A stretch of 64,000 nucleotides of DNA, taken from NCBI GenBank assembly GCA_963665115.1, contig OY762007.1, positions 6,464,001 through 6,528,000 of the forward strand, given 5' to 3'. Positions 23,464 to 32,522 of the stretch are shown one piece after another. Made by a program: the position numbers and the translations under genes. The notes under the pieces are model-generated. The model ran no database searches. It had not been told where the DNA came from and saw only the letters and a list, made by a program, of their open reading frames with translations. Position 1 is the first letter of the stretch; each line of letters starts with the position of its first letter. This stretch comes from an uncultured Rivularia sp. GTDB taxonomy: Bacteria; Cyanobacteriota; Cyanobacteriia; Cyanobacteriales; Nostocaceae.

Positions 23464-24156
23464 ATGAATAAAAAAAGCAAAAAATCAAAAGTAGATTCAC
23501 AAAAAAATAGCGCAGATAACAAGCCTTCGGTTGACTCAAACGGCTTAGAAATCGACCATACTTTTAACGAAGATGGCGAACGTCCCGTTGGTAAGAGCAA
23601 TCTTGAAATTGAAGAAACCTATAACGTTGAATATCATCTTCCCACTGTTAAAAGCGACGAGCAAGAAGGTGAATTTATTCATGTAGACGGTAATCGCCCC
23701 GTCGAACCCAGCGACTTAGAAATTGACCATACATTAAATATAGATGGTCGTCGCCCCGTCGAACCCAGCGACTTAGAAATTGACCATACTTTTAAAGAAG
23801 ATGGCGAACGTCCTGTTGGCAAAAGTAATTTTGAAGTTGAAAAAACTGCTATTGCTAAAAGCGACGATCGACAAGATGGATTTATTCATGTAGATGGGCA
23901 TCGCCCTGTTGATGAGAGCAACTTAGAAATCGACCATACTTTAAATATAGATGGTCGTCGTCCCGTCAGTAAAAGTAACTTTGAAGTAGAAGAAACATTT
24001 CATGTAGATGGTAATCGCCCAATCGGCAAAAGCAATTTTGAAAAGAATGAAACCATTAGTGTAGATGGCGAACGTCCCATCGATGAAAGCGATTTAGAAA
24101 TTGACCATATGTTGAATATAGATGGTCAGCGTCCCGTCGGTAAAAGCAATTTGTAG
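23464..24156 (+). CDS. Hypothetical repeat protein, nine DGxRP-containing ~20-aa repeats
   Basis: LEIDHTLNIDGRRPV-like units throughout; synonymous variation between DNA copies. Confidence 0.75.
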   Translation: MNKKSKKSKVDSQKNSADNKPSVDSNGLEIDHTFNEDGERPVGKSNLEIEETYNVEYHLPTVKSDEQEGEFIHVDGNRPVEPSDLEIDHTLNIDGRRPVEPSDLEIDHTFKEDGERPVGKSNFEVEKTAIAKSDDRQDGFIHVDGHRPVDESNLEIDHTLNIDGRRPVSKSNFEVEETFHVDGNRPIGKSNFEKNETISVDGERPIDESDLEIDHMLNIDGQRPVGKSNL

Positions 24157-24311
24157 ATTATTCGTAGTGCTAGCATCTTGCTCGCTAGTTTTTGCAAGGG
24201 AGCGAGACGCTCCCACTACCAAGCATACAAACCAAACTCCGTCTTGGAAAGTTTTGGAAGAAGAGAATCTACACCCCAAACTCTCCGCAAAATCCAAAAT
24301 CCAAAATTGAA

Positions 24312-25622
24312 TTATGCCAATACCAGACGAGCCAAACTAAAAATAACCGCACTTAACACCGCACTTACCGGAAGCGTAACAATCCAAGCAGCAGCAATTG
24401 AGCGCAAAGTTTTGAACTGCACCGATTTAATATCTTGAACTATGCCAATACCAACCACACCACCAACAAGCGCGTGAGAAGTAGAAACAGGTAAACCCAA
24501 ACGAGACGCAAGAATTACCGTAGTAGCAGTTGCAAGCTCCGCACAAAAACCACTACTTGGCTGCAAAGTAATAATACTTTCACCGATAGTCGCAATAACT
24601 TTTTTACCCAAAACCGCCAAACCAACAACAATACCAGCACCACCAATCGCAAGAATCCATACAGGAATGTCTAAATCGTAAATAGGAACTTTTCCAGTGC
24701 GATTGATATGAGCGATCGCAGCCAAAGGAGCAATCGCATTTCCCACATCATTAGAGCCGTGAGCAAACGCCACAAAACAAGCACTCAACAATTGAAATCT
24801 TCCAAATATACGCTCTACTCGATTTGAGGATTGGGCATTGTTTTGTTCTCCTTGTCTTCTTGTCTCCTTGTCCCCCCATCTCCCCATCTCCCCATCTTCC
24901 CCTCTTCCCGCCTCTTGCCAACTATAAACCGTAAGCCCTACTGCTGCGACTGTGCCGATAAAAAGTGGAACATCATGAGACGGTATTTGCAAACCAACTT
25001 CTTCAATTAAATAATTTGCTAACGGTTGAGTTACTTTTGGTAAAACAATTATCCCGAATACTCCTAACAACAAAGCACTTAACCAGGGAATCCACTCATT
25101 TAACTGTTGTAATTGCTGTGGTTGATCTAAAATCCACCGCTTGATTTGACTGTAAAATAAAGCAGCAATACAGCCGCTGATAACTGGTGTAATTATCCAT
25201 CCTAAAGTAATTGTGCCAATTGATGACCACTCAATTGAATTAAACCCGGCAGCCACAATACTGAAACCGGCGATCGCCCCAACTACCGCATGGGAAGATG
25301 AAACTGGTAAACCTCGCGAAGTCGCTATTTGCAGCCATAAAGCACTAGCCAACAACACCGAAAACATTCCAGTCGCAAAAATTTCGGGTACATTCGCGAA
25401 CAAAGCCGGATTGCTAACCTCCGTCGCTAAAGTTTGGGATACTTCATGTCCGAATAAAACAGCACCAGTAAATTCTAGTATTCCAGCAATTACCAAAGCC
25501 TGCTTTAAAGTAATAGCCTTGGAACCCACCGAAGTACCCATTGCATTCGCAACGTCATTCGCTCCTAAATTAAAAGCAAGGTAGAAAGCTAATAAGATAA
25601 CGAGAAAAATAGGGATTGTCAT
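24312..25622 (-). CDS. pit: Inorganic phosphate transporter, PiT family
   Basis: GANDVANAMGT, GLPVSSSHA, HGSNDVGN, GLPVSTSH. Confidence 0.93.
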   Translation of the reverse strand: MTIPIFLVILLAFYLAFNLGANDVANAMGTSVGSKAITLKQALVIAGILEFTGAVLFGHEVSQTLATEVSNPALFANVPEIFATGMFSVLLASALWLQIATSRGLPVSSSHAVVGAIAGFSIVAAGFNSIEWSSIGTITLGWIITPVISGCIAALFYSQIKRWILDQPQQLQQLNEWIPWLSALLLGVFGIIVLPKVTQPLANYLIEEVGLQIPSHDVPLFIGTVAAVGLTVYSWQEAGRGEDGEMGRWGDKETRRQGEQNNAQSSNRVERIFGRFQLLSACFVAFAHGSNDVGNAIAPLAAIAHINRTGKVPIYDLDIPVWILAIGGAGIVVGLAVLGKKVIATIGESIITLQPSSGFCAELATATTVILASRLGLPVSTSHALVGGVVGIGIVQDIKSVQFKTLRSIAAAWIVTLPVSAVLSAVIFSLARLVLA

Positions 25623-25910
25623 TTAATTAATTGAAAATAGGGCATTGGGGATTGGGCATGGGGAATAGGTAATTGCGGATGGGAATGACACAGCAATAGA
25701 AAAGTTGTATAAGCTGATGTGCAACTAAATTGGATAATAGGAAAATTTGAAAAGGTTGTAGTGCTGCCTAAAACTATCGTCTCGCTCCGCTAACGCAGCG
25801 TGTCCGCCAGGACAAGCATCTTGCTCGCTATTACTATACAAATTAAATGCGTAGCAGCTTAGCAATCCAAAATATGCGGAATTAATTGGGTACTTTTGGT
25901 CTGGAAAGTA

Positions 25911-26117
25911 TTATAAGACTATAAAAGGATTAAGTTTAAAAATATTAAATTTTACTTCAATTGGCGTGCCTTTCGCTATTAGATAAACTCTAACCTGAGT
26001 TTCTTCTATACGACGCTGATATCTACGTTCTAATTCATCATAGGTTTTTCCTTCTAACTCAATCAGGTATTCTAAACCAGTTAATTTAAAACTTCGATCG
26101 CTAACAAATTGTTTATC
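25911..26117 (-). pseudogene. Fragment of a DUF262 (GmrSD-type) protein
   Basis: Hand translation KQFVSDRSFKLTGLEYLIELEGKTYDELERRYQRRIEETQVRVYLIAKGTPIEVKFNIFKL; no start codon. Confidence 0.65.
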
Positions 26118-26123
26118 ATCTAG

Positions 26124-26159
26124 AGGCTATACGTCCAATATAAACTGGAAGTATAGCCT
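26124..26159 (-). terminator. Hairpin downstream of metF (AGGCTATAC...GTATAGCCT)
   Basis: Inverted repeat about 20 nt after the metF stop. Confidence 0.45.
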
Positions 26160-26177
26160 GGTAACGACGGATGCGAT

Positions 26178-27095
26178 CTAAATTCTAACTGCTTTCACTC
26201 CTGCCATATCCAATATTGGCACAATCAAATCTTCACGTTTCACTGCCATCATATGCACTCCTTGACACAATCCTTGTGCAATTTGTACTTGTTCGGCAGC
26301 AATTTTCATTCCTTCTTCTAAAGGGTTTTTAGCTTGCTCTAATCTATCAATTATATGCTCTGGAATTTCAACTCCAGGAACGCATTTGTTGATAAACCGA
26401 GCGTTTTTTGCTGACTTTAAGAGAAATATTCCCGCTAAAATTGGTTTATTACAACCTGCGGCAATTTGAGTCATGAATTTATCGAAAAGTTCAAAGTCTG
26501 TTACCATTTGACTTTGGAAAAATTGCGCTCCTGCTGCTAATTTGCGCTCAAATCGCTTTTGCAAACCGCTCCAACTGCGACACTGTGGATCTACGGCTGC
26601 TCCAACAAATAAATCGGTGGCTCCGTCGGTTAAGGTTTTATCGTTACTATCAAAGCCGCGATTGAGTTTTTCGATTAATTGCAGTAAACGTACTGATTCT
26701 AAATCAAACACGCTTTTTGCGTCGGGGTGATCTCCCGCTTTTACTGGATCGCCGGTCAAGGCTAAAATATTGTGGATGCCTAAAGCATGAGCGCCCATCA
26801 AGTCACTTTGTAAACCAATGCGGTTTCTGTCTCGACAAGCCATTTGACATATCGGCTCTATCCCTTCTCTCTGTAAAATTATAGACGCTGCAAACGAAGA
26901 CATCCGTAAAACTGCGCGGCTACCATCGGTGATATTGACGGCATGAACTCTCCCCTTAAGAGTCGCCGCCATTTGTATCATGTGTTCTGGATTACCGCCT
27001 TTCGGTGGTGCGACTTCAGCAGTAACTAAGAATTCTCCTGCACTTGCTGACGCACGGAATGTTGTTAATTGAGTTGGATTTAGCGTACCAAGCAT
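26178..27095 (-). CDS. metF: Methylenetetrahydrofolate reductase
   Basis: EVAPPKG, NITD, CRDRN, LALTGD, AGAQFFQSQ. Confidence 0.92.
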   Translation of the reverse strand: MLGTLNPTQLTTFRASASAGEFLVTAEVAPPKGGNPEHMIQMAATLKGRVHAVNITDGSRAVLRMSSFAASIILQREGIEPICQMACRDRNRIGLQSDLMGAHALGIHNILALTGDPVKAGDHPDAKSVFDLESVRLLQLIEKLNRGFDSNDKTLTDGATDLFVGAAVDPQCRSWSGLQKRFERKLAAGAQFFQSQMVTDFELFDKFMTQIAAGCNKPILAGIFLLKSAKNARFINKCVPGVEIPEHIIDRLEQAKNPLEEGMKIAAEQVQIAQGLCQGVHMMAVKREDLIVPILDMAGVKAVRI

Positions 27096-27156
27096 TTCGG
27101 TTGTTATATTTCGATACTTGGTACAGCTCTATCACATATAACTCCCGTAGGAAAGC

Positions 27157-28179
27157 TTATAAAGGCATAGAGAATCCTAATGCCGATTTTACTTGGGTTA
27201 AAGTTTCATTGGCGATCGCCTCGGCTTTTTCTCTACCGTCGCGTAAAACCTGCTCTAGATAAGCTTTATCGTCCATTACGGCTTGATATTTCTCTTGAAT
27301 GGGTTGCAGGGCGTTAACAGCTGTTTCTGCTAATAAGGGCTTAAATTGTCCCCAGCCCATATCTTGACATTCTGCTGCTACTTCTTCTTTGGGTTTACCA
27401 GAAAGCAGCATATACAGCGTTAATAAGTTATTGCATTCGGGGCGATCGCTATTATCAAATTCTAAACCGCGCACGGTATCAGTTTTACAGCGTTTGATTT
27501 TCTTGGTAATTTCTGCTGGGGTATCTGTCAAATTAATCCGACTTAATTCTGAAGGATCGGATTTTGACATTTTACTAGTACCGTCTGTCAAACTCATTAC
27601 CCTTGCACCTTCTTTACGAATTATCGGTTCTGGTAATTTTAATACAGGTTTTCTCGGCTTAGCGAATTGATGGTTAAATCTATTGACAATATCTCTTGTT
27701 AATTCTATGTGTTGTTTTTGGTCTTCACCTACGGGTACTTTATCGGCTTGATACAGCAAAATATCGGCAGCCATCAGTACAGGATAATCCAGCAAACCTA
27801 CATTAACGTTTTCACCTTGTTTGATTGCTTTTTCCTTGTACTGAATCATATCTTCCAACCAGTTCATGGGAGTGATACAGTTGAGCAACCAAGTTAATTC
27901 GCTGTGAGCGGAAACATGAGACTGTACGAAGATAGTAGAATAATTTAAATCCAAACCGCACGCTAGATAAATTGCAGCTAAATGATAAGTGTTTGCCGCC
28001 AACTTTTTAGGATCTTGCGGTACGGTAATTGCGTGTAAATCTACGATACAAAAATAATTTTCATACTCGTCTTTATACCGATCTTGAATTTCTATCCAGT
28101 TGCGAATAGCTCCTAAATAGTTACCTAAATGTAGATTACCAGTTGGTTGTACTCCAGAAAAAACTCGTTGCTTAGCCAT
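27157..28179 (-). CDS. trpS: Tryptophan--tRNA ligase
   Basis: SGVQPTG.LHLGN, YPVLMAADIL, VPVGEDQ, KMSKS. Confidence 0.97.
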   Translation of the reverse strand: MAKQRVFSGVQPTGNLHLGNYLGAIRNWIEIQDRYKDEYENYFCIVDLHAITVPQDPKKLAANTYHLAAIYLACGLDLNYSTIFVQSHVSAHSELTWLLNCITPMNWLEDMIQYKEKAIKQGENVNVGLLDYPVLMAADILLYQADKVPVGEDQKQHIELTRDIVNRFNHQFAKPRKPVLKLPEPIIRKEGARVMSLTDGTSKMSKSDPSELSRINLTDTPAEITKKIKRCKTDTVRGLEFDNSDRPECNNLLTLYMLLSGKPKEEVAAECQDMGWGQFKPLLAETAVNALQPIQEKYQAVMDDKAYLEQVLRDGREKAEAIANETLTQVKSALGFSMPL

Positions 28180-28414
28180 AAATCAATTAACAATTAACAA
28201 TTAACAATAATCAATGAACAGTGAAGGGTTGCGAAATCCATTTAAGGTTTAAAGTAGTTTTACTTTCGCGTAAAAATTAGTGTAGCCTAGCGAAACATCA
28301 CAATTTAAAAAATGAAACCGGATTGCTGATAGCTTGTTCATACACTATCATACGTTTTGATAGCTGCTAGCTGCTCGCTGTTAATTGTTAATTGTTAATT
28401 GTTAATTGATTATT

Positions 28415-29353
28415 ATGCGCGAATTATATCCACCAAGAGAAGCTTATCAAGAAGGTAAATTACAAGTAACTGAATTACATACGATTTATTTTGAAGAATC
28501 GGGGAATCCGCAAGGTAAACCTATTGTAGTATTGCATGGCGGGCCTGGTGGTGGATGTCCGAGTTATTATCGCCAGTATTTTAATCCAGAAAAGTGGCGT
28601 TTAATCATGTTCGATCAGCGTGGTTGCGGTAAAAGTACCCCTCATGCAGAATTACGCGAAAATACAACTTGGGATTTAGTTAGCGATATTGAAAAATTGC
28701 GCGAACATTTGAAGATAGATAAATGGGTTGTGTTTGGTGGAAGTTGGGGAAGTACGCTTTCTTTGGCTTATAGCGAAAATCATCCAGAGCGCTGCAACGG
28801 TTTAATTTTACGCGGTATTTTTATGCTGCGTCAAAAGGAATTACATTGGTTTTATCAGGAAGGCGCAAGTAATATTTTCCCGGATGCTTGGGAGGAATAT
28901 TTAAAGCCAATTCCAATAGAAGAAAGAGATAATTTGTTAAATGCTTATTACAAACGCTTGACTAGTGAAGATAAAAGAGTCAGGTTAGAAGCAGCAAGAG
29001 CTTGGTCAATTTGGGAAGCAAGTACGAGCAAATTATTTTTAGATAAATCTTTAATGACAGCTTTTGGTGAAAGTGCTTTTGCAGATGCTTTCGCTAGAAT
29101 TGAATGTCATTATTTTGTAAATAAGGGATTTTTTGAAAGGGAAGATCAATTACTTTTAAATGTTGATAAAATCCGCCATATTCCGGCTGTGATTGTGCAG
29201 GGAAGATACGATGTAGTTTGTCCGATGATATCAGCTTGGGAATTACATAAAGTTTGGTCGGAAGCTGAGTTTATTGTGGTTCCGGATGCTGGGCATTCAA
29301 TGACTGAACCGGGTATTCAAACTGCTTTGCTTGATGCTACGGATAGGTTTTAA
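28415..29353 (+). CDS. pip: Proline iminopeptidase
   Basis: LHGGPGGG, FDQRGCG, FGGSWGS, ARIECHY, DAGHS. Confidence 0.95.
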   Translation: MRELYPPREAYQEGKLQVTELHTIYFEESGNPQGKPIVVLHGGPGGGCPSYYRQYFNPEKWRLIMFDQRGCGKSTPHAELRENTTWDLVSDIEKLREHLKIDKWVVFGGSWGSTLSLAYSENHPERCNGLILRGIFMLRQKELHWFYQEGASNIFPDAWEEYLKPIPIEERDNLLNAYYKRLTSEDKRVRLEAARAWSIWEASTSKLFLDKSLMTAFGESAFADAFARIECHYFVNKGFFEREDQLLLNVDKIRHIPAVIVQGRYDVVCPMISAWELHKVWSEAEFIVVPDAGHSMTEPGIQTALLDATDRF

Positions 29354-29530
29354 TATTGGGGAATTGGGGATTGGGCATGGGGCATGGTATACATATTTTG
29401 TAGGGTGTGTGACGGTTACGAAATATTTATTTTATAATCAAACAAGTTGGAATTACCGTCACGCACCAACGACGAGCTTTAATAAATAATAGATTCATTA
29501 ACTAACTAAGTTCATTAAAGAGTAATTATT

Positions 29531-29698
29531 TTGAAAGAGAAAAATAAACAATCAAAAACAAATAATTTGGATTCCGAAACTATTGTTTTGACTGATAGCG
29601 AGCGAGATATATTTTTATGTTTGATAGAAAATCCACCGGAACCAAATCCAGCTTTAAAATCAGCAATGAAAAGGTTTAAAGAGGAATACGAAAATTAA
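29531..29698 (+). pseudogene. DUF1778 (TacA-like) antitoxin C-terminal fragment
   Basis: Hand translation ...ETIVLTDSERDIFLCLIENPPEPNPALKSAMKRF; N-terminal RHH part and GNAT toxin absent. Confidence 0.6.
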
Positions 29699-29808
29699 TT
29701 ATTTACTAAGTTATATTTTTAGACACTAGAAATTAGATAAATTAAAATTATTGTGGATATTAATGTTGATGGTTTATTCCAAGATGCGGAAATAATAGGT
29801 TAGTTGTT

Positions 29809-30159
29809 TTACTCTACAAAATATTTGGAAGGCATCTTAAACAAATCAGCTAATCCTTTAATTTCACATTCGGTAAGTTGACTTTTACCATCCAAGATAT
29901 CTAAAACTCTTGATTTGCTTTTACAAATAGGAATTAAATCTTGAGGTTGAAGAGAAGATTCTTCTAACAATGCCTTAATCAGCGTAACTCCTTTTAAGGT
30001 AGGTATTATTTCATGTTGATTTTCGTAATCATAAACTAACGTACTTAGTACTTTTAAATAATCTCTGTCATCTTTAGTAATATTTCCCTTATCTAAAATA
30101 GAATTAATCCGATTTTGGCTAGCGATTAATTCGTCTTCATTAGTAATCATAATTTTCAA
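29809..30159 (-). CDS. HigA-like HTH antitoxin/transcriptional regulator (orphan)
   Basis: YLKVLSTLVYDYE, LIKALLEE..L...DL, C-terminal HTH. Confidence 0.75.
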   Translation of the reverse strand: MKIMITNEDELIASQNRINSILDKGNITKDDRDYLKVLSTLVYDYENQHEIIPTLKGVTLIKALLEESSLQPQDLIPICKSKSRVLDILDGKSQLTECEIKGLADLFKMPSKYFVE

Positions 30160-31061
30160 CGCTCTAAGGCTTCCCTATCCCATTTCCCAAGCACGGCAGC
30201 AGCTTCATAAGTACTTTGCAAAAAGGATAATAAGGTTTCGTCGGGGGTATCTGATAATCGCAATGCTTCTAAGGGCAATATAAATTCTTGGATATCTTCA
30301 TGAAAGTAAGCTGCTTCTGGCTGTATTTTGTAATCTTTAAATCCTTCTGGTGCTGGATAAGCATAAGAATAGAAAAATGGTTCTACTCCACCTCCGCCGG
30401 GCCAAAATCCGCAACTGCTGACTTCGTGGGAATATGCTTCGTGGGTGATGGAATCTGGCATTCCTGGGGCACCGGGATGTTTTGGTGCTTTGCGCCCGGA
30501 AAAGCGGGTGAGGGCTAAGTCGAAGCTTCCCCAGAAGAAGTGTGTGGGGCTTACTTTTCCGAGGTAGCGGGAACGGAATTGTGTAAATATGCAGTTTGTT
30601 TGTACTAATATTTGCCAGAAGCGCTCTACGTATTCTGGATCGTAAGATGCGTGTTTTGTGTCTTCCTCAAAAAGAATGGGGTTGGAAACTTCTTGCGGCA
30701 TTGTCCATATTTTTACTTTGATACCGAGTAATACCAAAGCGTTCATTGTTTTCTGGTAAAAATCGGCTACGGAAAATGCTTTTAATGCAAATGAGGTACG
30801 TTGCCCGTCGGATGTGGAAATACAAAGTTCGTGAGCAATGAAATCAAAGTCTATTTGAAAGAAGCGAGTTTCGTAGGGTATGGCAGAAGTGGTTAATCCT
30901 CGTGATGTGACGTAGAGGGTTACATTCCACCAGTGGTTTATGAGTGGAGTTAATTCCATGCGGATTTTACCGATTACCTGCGTCCATAGCTGTAGGGTGG
31001 AGGAGGTTTCTTGCCATGCTGTTGATGGTAATGATGGGAAAATTTCGGTGTAATCTGCCAT
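30156..31061 (-). CDS. DUF5996 family protein
   Basis: LQLWTQVIGK, NHWWNVTLY, HFFWGSFDLA, EAYSHEVSSCGFWPG. Confidence 0.85.
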   Translation of the reverse strand: MADYTEIFPSLPSTAWQETSSTLQLWTQVIGKIRMELTPLINHWWNVTLYVTSRGLTTSAIPYETRFFQIDFDFIAHELCISTSDGQRTSFALKAFSVADFYQKTMNALVLLGIKVKIWTMPQEVSNPILFEEDTKHASYDPEYVERFWQILVQTNCIFTQFRSRYLGKVSPTHFFWGSFDLALTRFSGRKAPKHPGAPGMPDSITHEAYSHEVSSCGFWPGGGGVEPFFYSYAYPAPEGFKDYKIQPEAAYFHEDIQEFILPLEALRLSDTPDETLLSFLQSTYEAAAVLGKWDREALER

Positions 31062-31136
31062 TGTTAACTCCGGTAGGATAGCTAAACCAACTTGCAATTA
31101 CCAATTTATCACTGATGCCGTGTTTCTAATATTTCA

Positions 31137-31283
31137 ATAGTATTGCTTTCGATTAATTATAAATGTTTAGCTTTTGATTGAAACGTTGGGAGACGTAGCA
31201 GTGCATAGTATTGCTTTCGATTAATTATAAATGTTTCACTTTTGATTGAAACGTTGGGAGACGTAGCACTGCTACGTCTCTAC
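31137..31283. repeat. 68-bp tandem duplication ending inside a REP hairpin
   Basis: 31137-31204 repeated at 31205-31272 with few mismatches. Confidence 0.85.
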
Positions 31284-31304
31284 AATCCGTCGGATTTTCT
31301 AAAT

Positions 31305-31635
31305 CTAAAGCAGTTCAGTTACAACTGTGTTGAATTTTTCATAGGGAACTATCCCAACAATCGTTTCTATAAGGTTTCCATCTTTGTAAATCATCACCGA
31401 CGGAATGCTACGAATGTTTAACCTTTTAGCTAAATTAGAATTCTCTCCAAGGTCTACTTTTGCTACTTTTACTTTGCCCTGATGTTCTTTTGCTAATTTT
31501 TCCATCATCGGAGCAATCATTTTACAAGGGGCCACACCAAGTTGCGGTAAAGTCACACACAAATACACCATCACTGGTTGAAAGTGTATCGAATTCTTTT
31601 TCGTTAATATATTCAACTGCTATTGTTTCTGGCAT
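31305..31635 (-). CDS. trxA: Thioredoxin (frameshift at 31528-31531)
   Basis: MPETIAVEYINEKEF...DFTATWCG joins PCKMIAP...IRSIP after removing one base, restoring WCGPC. Confidence 0.9.
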
Positions 31636-31853
31636 GGTATTTTTATTTATCAAGCTATTTTTTATTAGTACTAACGTAAATTAATCTGCTTATTCAGTAA
31701 TTATTATCTGCTCGATGTCAGTAACAATTATCAAAAAACTTATGTAAGGATAATATTATTTTTCCTTACTGCCTATTCCCTACTCCCTACTCCCTACTCC
31801 TTATTCCCTTTTGTATGATTATTTAATGCCGCATTACTATGGCGGAAGAACCA

Positions 31854-32150
31854 TTAATACAACGCTTCTTCTTGATGAGTTTGAATCTTGCAATCCGATG
31901 TAGGGATAGCAACGCAAGTAAGTACGAACCCAGCAGCAATTTGGTCTTCATCGAGGAATGCTTGGTCTGATTGATCTACTTCACCAGAAATAAGTTTCCC
32001 GGCACAGCTAGAGCAAGAACCCGCACGACAAGAAACTGGAAGATCAATATCTTGTTCTTCGGCTGCATCAAATATATATTGATCGTCTTCAACTTCAATT
32101 GTTTTATTAAGTCCGTCATCGTTGACTAATGTTACTTTATATGTTCCCAT
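31854..32150 (-). CDS. petF: Plant-type [2Fe-2S] ferredoxin
   Basis: [16 protein letters not shown]...VLTCVA...HQEEALY. Confidence 0.93.
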   Translation of the reverse strand: MGTYKVTLVNDDGLNKTIEVEDDQYIFDAAEEQDIDLPVSCRAGSCSSCAGKLISGEVDQSDQAFLDEDQIAAGFVLTCVAIPTSDCKIQTHQEEALY

Positions 32151-32476
32151 TTTCCCCTCTTTAAAAAAACTTTAATTTGCTGTCTTATCGTAAAAATTTT
32201 TGCATACCTAATGTTTGAATTCGTTAATAAATTTTGTAAAAGTTAATAAAAATCAATATTTAATTTATAATATAAATAATGATAGTGGAATATTTGGTTT
32301 AATATCTTCAGAAATAAGATTTTTGCTGAAGTGGAAGAAGTTGAATAAATAATCTAAAATTTTTGCTCGTAGTTTTGCAGGAGCATATTGTTGATCTCTG
32401 TATGTTTTAACTTTGTCAAATATCCATTTATATATATAATTTTTAGATTAAATCTTTTAATAAAAATATGTTTCTT

Positions 32477-32494
32477 GTTACAATTAATTGTAAC
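32477..32494. promoter_or_regulatory. Perfect 18-bp palindrome GTTACAATTAATTGTAAC upstream of the MTase
   Basis: Lies 29 nt before the MTase ATG. Confidence 0.4.
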
Positions 32495-32522
32495 CAAATC
32501 AAAAGCAAATCTTAACTAATAA

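Noticed and set aside
24094..24438. Short overlapping ORFs between the repeat protein and pit
   Set aside because: Open frames through repeat elements or antisense to pit.
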